Both the position numbers and the translations under genes were made by a program. A stretch of DNA of 32,897 bases. It comes from Cyanobacteria bacterium P01_H01_bin.15. GTDB lineage: Bacteria; Cyanobacteriota; Cyanobacteriia; Cyanobacteriales; JAAUTE01. Under the pieces are notes generated by a model. It saw nothing but the letters and a program-made list of their open reading frames with translations. It did not search any database and was not told the DNA's origin. Location: the NCBI GenBank assembly GCA_038750375.1, contig JBCDHF010000003.1, positions 1-32,897 on the forward strand, written 5' to 3'. This document shows positions 27,501 through 32,897 of the stretch, in pieces; the stretch's first letter is position 1, and every line of letters begins with the position of its first letter.

Positions 27501-29031
27501 CATTGAACTTGGTGAAGTTGAAGCGCAGTTAAATGCCATGCCCGAGATCAAGACAGCCATTGCGGTGGTTCGAGAGGATCAAACAGGGGATAAGCGCTTA
27601 ATCGCTTATGGCATACCCAAACAAAGGGAAACAATCGATATAAGGATGTTAAAAGCCTATTTGTCAGATAAGCTGCCAGACTACATGATTCCAGTTGCCA
27701 TTGTTTGTCTAGACAAATTTCCAGTAACACCCAGCGGCAAAATAGATCGCAAAGCTCTTCCCACACAAGAATTTCAAACAGATGATATTGCTGTCGCCCC
27801 ACGGGACCCGTTAGAACGACAGCTCGTCGACATTTGGCAACGCATTTTGGGGCTCCAATCAATCGGCATCCAAGATGACTTTTTCGAGCTGGGAGGACAC
27901 TCACTATTAGCGGTAAAACTCTTCTCAGAGATTGAGAAAACCTGTAATGAAAAGTTACCCCTCGCAACCCTATTTCAGGCTCGTAATATCGCAGAACTGG
28001 CGACTTACATCCGCGAGCGCCGCTTTGAAGAACATTCTTGCTTGATTCAGATGCAGACTATGGGCGAGCGCCCGCCTTTATTTTTCCTACCGCCTGCGGG
28101 GGGACATATGCTCGTATATGAGCGTTTAGCAAATAATCTCGGGCCCGATCAACCTATGTATGGTCTGGAATTCCAGGCTTCTGCCAATGACGATGCTCAG
28201 GGCAGTTCAATCAAAAATACGGTCAGCGAATTTATTCGCGCCATGCGCCAGGTGCAACCCAATGGACCCTATCATTTAATCGGACTTTCTTTTGGTGGAC
28301 TCCTCGCTTGGGCTGTTGCTGAAGAATTACAACGCCAGGGAGAACCTTTAGCAACCATTATTCTCCTGGATTGTGCAGCTCCTGGCACGACGAAACGCTT
28401 AACAGGTTTTCCTCGCTTTATTGCGGTGGCTTCTTGGGTGATATATGAACGAGTGCGTCACTTCTGGCGTATTTGTAGAGATGATGTCAAAAAGCGACTT
28501 CATTCAAAAAAACTCAATTTAGAATCTAGAAAACCCACCTCATCCTCTGTCCAAACAAAAGATCAAGTTCAACAACACAAGTTACAACAGCAAGTCCAAG
28601 ACATCGTAGAAAGTCTAAAAAGTGCTCATGGAGGAAATTGGCAAAAGTGGTTGGACTATTGGGGAGCGAGACTAGTGACCCTGACCGAATCGAAGTATTT
28701 GGTCAAACCGATTTATGGAGGACAGCATTATCTAGATGATATCCGTGACTTCCTTGATGATAGGACTTTAGAGGTTTTACAAACGAAGTATAACTTATTA
28801 AAAAGGTATCAACCGGGACCCTTATCCTGTCCAGTCCTGGTATTTCGAGCAACAGAGCGGATCCCGAGCTTAAAGACCAGTTTTACAATGGGTTGGGAAC
28901 CATTTGTTCAGAAAGAACTGAAAGTCATTCCAATTCATGGAGGTCACCATACTATTGTGACCTCGACCAAGTTAGCAACGCAGTTAGCTCGCTATCTTGA
29001 TATTATTCATCAAAATCAATCAAGCAAATAG
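21526..29031 (+). CDS. Two-module NRPS, C-A-T-C-A-T-TE
   Basis: C1 HHIVFDAWS; A1 FTSGTTGTPKG and YGPTE; T1 GGHSL (about 24661); C2 HHIVSDGWS; A2 YTSGSTGKPKG with a proline-like pocket; T2 GGHSL (about 27892); TE GLSFGG (28282) and a C-terminal His (GGHH). Confidence 0.96.
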   Translation: MTSINDRLSKLSPAQRQLLTQKLRQKQSQIAPRPAEQSASLSLAQQRLWLLNRLEPDSAAYNFPCFLSFQGDLKIDILERALNEIIRRHEVLRSCFPEVEGQPTVEIATELILTLQRMDLSQLAEAEQQQRFQQLAHQEAQAPFDITQGPLIRAKLLYRGPQNHILLLTLHHIVFDAWSRGIFNRELQALYTAFAENNPSPLADLPIQYADFAYWQQQWLTNQRVQTQLGYWRQKLANIPAVLELPNDRAQTATKSDREKHLFWTLEAEETKRLQSFSKEQGCTVFMTLLAAFKILLARLSGQTDIFVGIPVAGRTRLEVEPLLGFFVNTLVLRSDLASTQTFTQLLAQVRETTLTAQENQDVPFEKVIEELNPERILNRKPLCQIWFNMVSLAEERPSIKDLEVKSLPFRPPNSKFDLGVYIRQPQTNYQIDFAYSANLFSKERIEILLGQYKQLLMQVIEQPETAIANYSLATPGLIAQSILPDPKLALVEEPFEPVTKLLTTWADRHPDSVAISQGEQKWSYRELREKSYQCAQTLIVNGMKPGDTVAVSGDRSFGLIVAMWGILFSGGVLLTLDPTLPQKRKERMLALSEAKYILYVGNLLPEDNWLEKQSELLHLSALTGDIKDDKLLTDTDASLSLPELQRSAYIFFTSGTTGTPKGILGTHQGLAHFLYWQRHTFSVQPGDRVAQLTGLSFDVVLREIFLPLSSGARLCLPPASADLSPVSILPWLDQQQISILHIVPSLAQVWINDLPEQNSLSNLRCLFFAGEPLFDKLVLQWRHCLSNSCRIINLYGPTETTLAKCYFEIPKTPPTGVQPVGTSLPGSQALVLADHQRLCGVGEPGEIVIRTPYRTAGYLKNPEENTRRFVPNSAREDENDLLYFTGDSGRYRPDGQLEILGRLDNQIKIRGVRVELGEISSLLEAIEEIKNQFVMVREDTPDDKKIVAYVVPAPGKTIETYKLRERLRLHLPQYMMPSAFVMLPVLPLTPNGKVDHQALPAPEPVIDISEFITPETPTEKTLSRIWEEVLNTEQVSATADFFELGGHSLLAVKLISRIRQQLDCEIPIRELFACLTIRNLAKYIHSRSTSSPVKKRLSQLSPKQHQLLAKKLEQRKNQISTQSRDPEAPLPLSLAQQRLWFIDELEGQSPLYNLSLILEFEGAVNPTFLEQSLRIIIQRHKILRAQITADDGIPCLAFRDESTWKFNTLDFSHIPSEDREAHVHQALKAELMSPFALNQDWLIRAALLQKDTEKSTLVIVTHHIVSDGWSTGILRTELSALYEAYVQNQEPSLPPLPIQYADYSIWQRQQFETDYLKPHTDYWRLQLTGTPPLIELPLDRPRPAILSYRGQHLRSVLSAEQASKLTKLGQQRGMTLFMVLLAAFQTLLFRYSGQPDIVVGTPIANRNRTEIESLIGFFANTLVLRSQFESAQSFEDLLFKVKETTLNAYAYQDFPFEQVVEILQPQRNLSYSPVFQVMFALQNLPPVTETLGDITWQRISVSTETAKFDLGLFVREAASGLNLTWEYNTDLFDMATIERMAQHFSVLLDGVIANPAREIACLPILTDPERSHLLVELNNTATDYPRDKCLHELFEEQARKTPNTIAIEDHNQSITYQELDQQAEQLAAYLGSKGIAVESTVGLFLDRSLSMIIAVLAILKAGAAYVPLDLNYPAARIEYMLSNSEASQVLTTRSLSGRLPASITTICIDQPLTAPIAHTQSAQASPDNLAYLIYTSGSTGKPKGVAMTHKTLVNLIQWQCDQSESQQRTLQFSPISFDVSCQEIFSTWASGGTLVLITEETRQDFGAFFDYLTHQKINRLFLPFVALQGLAEIGQNRDFPGSLQEVITAGEALKISPAIAKFFEKGSSCRLQNQYGPSETHVAIAFSLTGAPDTWATFPPIGQPIANALVYLLDGMHQIVPIGIPGEIYIGGTAIARGYHNLPEQTEAKFIDNPFGPGRLYKTGDLGRYRTDGAIDYLGRSDRQVKIRGFRIELGEVEAQLNAMPEIKTAIAVVREDQTGDKRLIAYGIPKQRETIDIRMLKAYLSDKLPDYMIPVAIVCLDKFPVTPSGKIDRKALPTQEFQTDDIAVAPRDPLERQLVDIWQRILGLQSIGIQDDFFELGGHSLLAVKLFSEIEKTCNEKLPLATLFQARNIAELATYIRERRFEEHSCLIQMQTMGERPPLFFLPPAGGHMLVYERLANNLGPDQPMYGLEFQASANDDAQGSSIKNTVSEFIRAMRQVQPNGPYHLIGLSFGGLLAWAVAEELQRQGEPLATIILLDCAAPGTTKRLTGFPRFIAVASWVIYERVRHFWRICRDDVKKRLHSKKLNLESRKPTSSSVQTKDQVQQHKLQQQVQDIVESLKSAHGGNWQKWLDYWGARLVTLTESKYLVKPIYGGQHYLDDIRDFLDDRTLEVLQTKYNLLKRYQPGPLSCPVLVFRATERIPSLKTSFTMGWEPFVQKELKVIPIHGGHHTIVTSTKLATQLARYLDIIHQNQSSK
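21715..21749 (+). repeat. 35-bp exact direct repeat shared by the 5' C-domain regions of the two NRPS genes (second copy 30372-30406)
   Basis: CCTTGCTTTTTGTCATTCCAGGGCGACCTCAAAAT occurs at both positions, inside a longer region of high similarity. Confidence 0.9.
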
Positions 29032-29334
29032 ATATATTTGATTCCTTTCTGCGATGACTAGGGGGTGGTCAATATTCAAGTTGAGACATTGTGCGATCGA
29101 GGGAGGTTCGCTAGTGGATAACCTCTTTAATTGTGACACTTTGTTTATTTAGGTGATTTGCTTGATGAATAAGTTTAGGGAATTAAATCCGCCTATCAAA
29201 TTCACCGTGGCTGCCACTAGGCATTAAAAGCGCTTTTTTGATCAGAATCAACGCCGTAATTTTACTTGTTCTGCACTGACTTTAGGACAGGATGTCCGAC
29301 AATAGTGACGAAAACTAAATCTCAATCAGAGGCT

Positions 29335-30180
29335 ATGCTTAAGCACTCCGGCGATCGGCTTCGCTCACTTCTGGGTTCAGCGGAAACCATTCCGTTTATG
29401 GGCGTTTATGATGCCTTTTCTGCGGCGATCGCCGGGAGATACTATCAGAACCTATTTGTTAGCGGTGATGGCTTCGGGGTTAGCTACTATAGCTTACCTG
29501 ATATTGGGTTTATTGCCTGGGTAGATATGGTGAACTTCGTAAAGCAGCTCTGAACAATTCTCCCAGAGCACCTCTCTCTTATTGGTTGATATTGATGATG
29601 AATATGTTGATGTGCAGACAGCTTGCCATGTTGTTCGCCGACTAGAACAACTTTGCGCTGCGGGTGGAATTCTCGAAGATCACCCCCCCCCTGGCGATGC
29701 TGCCATGCCGATGGTAAGCAGTTACTCGATAGTGATAGCTACTTGGAAAAACTTGCTGAGGTCCTAGCAGCTAGGGAGCGTCTCTTCGTCCTGGCTCGTA
29801 CTAATGCCACAGATCCAACGGAAATTATTGAGCGGAGCAAGCGTTATGCGAATGCTGGAGCAGATGCAGTGCTGGCTGATGGCATTACTGATTTAGCTAT
29901 TCTTAAAACCTTGTAGAGCGAAGTCTCAGTTCCCATCGTTTTTAATCAAATCGCGGGCGGGAAATCGCCTACCTGCAACCTGACAGAGCTTAGTAATATC
30001 GGGGTCTCCCTCGTGAACTACAGCACCCCATGTTTGTTCGCGGTCCAAGATGCTATTGCGACAGAAATGGAACGACTTTCTTGGGCAGATGGTAAGTTGG
30101 GGGAGCGAGGCTGGTCCGATTGTAACCCAGTCCTTCAAGAGTCTCTAGAAAAGATCACGCATTCACGATCACGCGATTAA
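29335..30180 (+). pseudogene. Disrupted isocitrate lyase/PEP mutase superfamily gene, lyase branch (methylisocitrate lyase / oxaloacetate acetylhydrolase-like)
   Basis: Pieces in three frames join to GVYDAFSA...LPDIG...VDIDDEY...LEDHxxxWRCCHADGK...ARTNA...GADAV...FNQIAGGKSP. Lesions are TGA at 29551-29553, a frameshift in the CT run near 29572-29581, a frameshift in the C9 run at 29683-29691 and TAG at 29914-29916. The natural stop TAA is at 30178-30180. Confidence 0.85.
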
Positions 30181-30182
30181 TC

Positions 30183-32897
30183 ATGGCTTCTCTAAACGAT
30201 CGCCTTTCTCAACTCAGCCCAGAACAACGTCAACTGCTGGCAAAAAAACTGCGACAGAAGCAGAGTCACATTTCGCCAAGACCCGCTGGACAAAAGACCA
30301 TCCTTTCCTTTGCCCAACAAAGAATGTGGTTGTTATATCGACTAGATCCTGATAGTGAAGCCTATAATTTTCCTTGCTTTTTGTCATTCCAGGGCGACCT
30401 CAAAATTAAAGTTTTGGAGCGCGTCCTGAACGAAATTGTTCGTCGTCACGAGATTTTGCGATCGCGCTTCCCTGAAGTCAATGGGGAACCCACTGTAAAA
30501 ATTATTGATGATTTCAAGTTGACCTTAGAGCCAATTAGTCTTGAAAATCTAGACCGAGCCGAGCAGCAGTCTCGTGTTCAACAGTTAGCTAGTCAAGAAG
30601 CAAAAAATCCCTTTGACATCACGCAAGATGCTCTAATTCGAGGAAAAATTTTAACTCTTGATGATCATCAATACGTTTTGCTACTAACCCTTCATCACAT
30701 TATTTTCGATGGCTGGTCCGAGGGGGTATTTAAACAAGAGTTAGAGAGCCTATATGACGCATTTTCTCAAGGCAAACCATCTCCTTTACCGGAATTATCG
30801 ATACAGTATGCAGACTTCGCCCACTGGGAGCGGCAATGGTTAACGACCGAACGTGCTCAAACTCAACTTGACTATTGGAGTCAGAAATTAGCAGGCATGT
30901 CGCCCTTACTTGAGCTGCCCACAGATCGTCCGCGTCCGGCTATTCAAACTGACAAAGGCGATCGCGTTTTTTGGACTCTAGGTAAGTCAACTACAGAGAA
31001 TTTGCGAGAGCTCAGTCAAAAACAAGACTGCACATTATTTATGACATTGATGGCAGCCTTCCAGATATTGTTATTTCGATATTCTGGACAAGAGGATATT
31101 GCCGTTGGTACGCCTATTGCCAGTCGAATAAGACCCGAGATTGAGGGAATAATTGGTTATTTTGCTAATACCTTGATATTGCGAGAGACATTATCTGATG
31201 AGATGGCGTTTAATGACCTAGTACAACAAATAAAAGAAACAGCACTAGCCGCCTATAATCATCAGGATATTCCATTTGATCGACTAGTACAAAAACTTCA
31301 ACCTACGCGAAATACTAGTTTTTCACCCTTGTTTCAAGTGGTTTTCGCGCTGCGGCCTAATAATTTTACCAGCGACACACGTTGGCAACAGCTTTCCTTA
31401 AACCCAAATACAGCAAAGTTTGATCTTGAAGTTAATCTCCGGGAAGATGATGAGGAGCTAACGGGTTACTGGGAATATAATACAGACTTGTTCAATCGCG
31501 ACACCATTGAACGAATGTGCAAACATTTTACAGTTTTACTGGCTGGAATTTTAAAAAATCCAGCCATGTCGATTTCCCTGTTGCCATTGCTGACGAATGC
31601 AGAACGACATCAATTATTGATCGAGTGGAACAATACTGCTACGGACTATCCTAAGGATAAATGTATTCATGAACTTTTTGGGGAGCAAGTTTCAAAAACG
31701 CCTGATGTGATCGCGGTAAGCTACGACAAACAATCGCTGTCCTACTGTGAACTTAATCAGGAAGCCAATCAACTAGCTCAATATTTACAATCGATACATG
31801 CACAAGCAAACTCACGAATTGGGATTTGCCTGGAGCGCTCAAACAGTGCCATCGTAGCGATTTTAGGTGTACTTAAAGTTGGTTGTCTTTATGTCCCACT
31901 AGATCCTCACTATCCTACTGAGCGCTTGCAGTTCATGGTTGATGATGCTCAAATATCGATCATTCTATCTAATTCCCAAACTCAGTATGCGATTGATAAG
32001 CTTTCTATCAACACCAGTATTACTTCGATTGTGAAGATTGATCGTGTTGTGTATTCCGAGTCACAAGAGAGTCTTAGCCTTGCTGTAAAATCTCACCAAG
32101 GAGCATATATTAACTATACGTCTGGCTCTACCGGTGTCCCCAAAGGCGTCCTTGTCCCTCATCGTGGGGTTATCCGTCTCGTTCGCAATACAAATTATAT
32201 TGATATTCGGCGAGGCGATCGCGTCGGACAAGCGGCAACGCTAGCTTTTGATATGGCAACCTTAGAAATTTGGGGTGCTTTATTAAACGGAGGATCCATT
32301 ATTGGTATTCCGAAAGAGACCCTGCTCGACCCCTGGGCATTAGCCCACACGATTCAAAGAGAACATATTAATGTATTGGTTGTCCCAACTGCCGTATTGC
32401 ACAAAATAGCAGAAACTGATTCAACAATCTTTTCTACTTTAAAGTGCTTAGTATTCGGTGGTGAAGCGGCGTCTCCCCACTGGATCAAACGAATTCTGAA
32501 ACATGGTGCACCCCAAAGCTTAGTGAATGGTTACGGACCTACGGAGAATACTGCCATCAGCTCTGCTTATGTTGTTGCTGAGATAGCTGAAAATGCAACG
32601 ACTGTCTTGATCGGCAAACCAATTAGCAATAGTCGTTGCTATGTGCTTGATAAAAATCGTGAGTTAGTCCCTATTGGGGTTCCTGGCGAACTATATGTAG
32701 CTGGAGATGGGCTCGCAAATGGTTATTTATTCCGTCCACAAGCCTCCGCAGAAAAGTTTATCCTCCATGAGTGGGAAAAAGGAAATGTTGAGCGGCTCTA
32801 TCGTACGGGTGATTTAGTCCGATATCACGCAGACGGCAATTTAGAGTTTGTTGGACGGCAAGATTCTCAAGTTAAAATTAGAGGTTTTCGTATTGAA
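30183..32897 (+). CDS. Second NRPS (C-A...), 3'-truncated by the window edge
   Basis: Not in the ORF track because no stop falls in the window. ATG at 30183 gives MASLNDRLSQLSPEQRQLLAKKLRQK, followed by HHIIFDGWS, YTSGSTGVPKG, NGYGPTE and YRTGD, and stays in frame to QVKIRGFRIE at 32897. Confidence 0.95.
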   Translation, partial: MASLNDRLSQLSPEQRQLLAKKLRQKQSHISPRPAGQKTILSFAQQRMWLLYRLDPDSEAYNFPCFLSFQGDLKIKVLERVLNEIVRRHEILRSRFPEVNGEPTVKIIDDFKLTLEPISLENLDRAEQQSRVQQLASQEAKNPFDITQDALIRGKILTLDDHQYVLLLTLHHIIFDGWSEGVFKQELESLYDAFSQGKPSPLPELSIQYADFAHWERQWLTTERAQTQLDYWSQKLAGMSPLLELPTDRPRPAIQTDKGDRVFWTLGKSTTENLRELSQKQDCTLFMTLMAAFQILLFRYSGQEDIAVGTPIASRIRPEIEGIIGYFANTLILRETLSDEMAFNDLVQQIKETALAAYNHQDIPFDRLVQKLQPTRNTSFSPLFQVVFALRPNNFTSDTRWQQLSLNPNTAKFDLEVNLREDDEELTGYWEYNTDLFNRDTIERMCKHFTVLLAGILKNPAMSISLLPLLTNAERHQLLIEWNNTATDYPKDKCIHELFGEQVSKTPDVIAVSYDKQSLSYCELNQEANQLAQYLQSIHAQANSRIGICLERSNSAIVAILGVLKVGCLYVPLDPHYPTERLQFMVDDAQISIILSNSQTQYAIDKLSINTSITSIVKIDRVVYSESQESLSLAVKSHQGAYINYTSGSTGVPKGVLVPHRGVIRLVRNTNYIDIRRGDRVGQAATLAFDMATLEIWGALLNGGSIIGIPKETLLDPWALAHTIQREHINVLVVPTAVLHKIAETDSTIFSTLKCLVFGGEAASPHWIKRILKHGAPQSLVNGYGPTENTAISSAYVVAEIAENATTVLIGKPISNSRCYVLDKNRELVPIGVPGELYVAGDGLANGYLFRPQASAEKFILHEWEKGNVERLYRTGDLVRYHADGNLEFVGRQDSQVKIRGFRIE

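Noticed and set aside
29683-29691. C9 tract as a phase-variation switch
   Set aside because: The gene also carries two stop codons, another frameshift and catalytic substitutions, so slippage here could not restore function.
29335-30180. PEP mutase, implying a phosphonate cluster with the ThDP enzyme as phosphonopyruvate decarboxylase
   Set aside because: The loop reads ED...RC(C/G)H (lyase branch), not EDKxxxxxNS, and the ThDP protein has the three-domain Oxc/HACL layout rather than the Ppd layout.
19900-32897. Very recent horizontal acquisition, since the region looks more AT-rich by eye
   Set aside because: HIP1 sites persist through the cluster and no transposase, integrase, tRNA or flanking repeat is visible. 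GC content was not computed.

Overview
Cyanobacterial chromosomal window (many HIP1 GCGATCGC octamers). Bases 1-16067 are mostly housekeeping and envelope genes: partial wecB, aspA, a fasciclin protein, a UPF0104/flippase-like membrane protein, a nucleotide-sugar epimerase, a probable PsrR1-like sRNA, a GT2 glycosyltransferase, smc and an RND efflux pair. From 16285 to the window end is a co-directional NRPS cluster of unusual design. It has (i) an oxalate-CoA-ligase-like (AAE3/Pcs60-type) adenylation domain fused to a carrier domain with an acidic C-terminal tail, (ii) an oxalyl-CoA decarboxylase/2-hydroxyacyl-CoA lyase-like ThDP enzyme carrying an NRPS-type N-terminal docking-like motif and Gln in place of the canonical catalytic Glu, (iii) a stand-alone condensation domain, (iv) a C-A-T-C-A-T-TE NRPS, (v) a pseudogenised isocitrate lyase/PEP mutase-superfamily gene of the lyase branch, which includes the oxalate-forming oxaloacetate acetylhydrolase, and (vi) a second NRPS (C-A, truncated by the window) whose N-terminus duplicates that of the first. 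The best hypothesis is an oxalate-primed assembly line that makes an oxalyl, formyl or 2-hydroxyacyl starter on a carrier protein and delivers it to several partners through one shared docking motif. All calls come from motif reading by eye; no searches were run.
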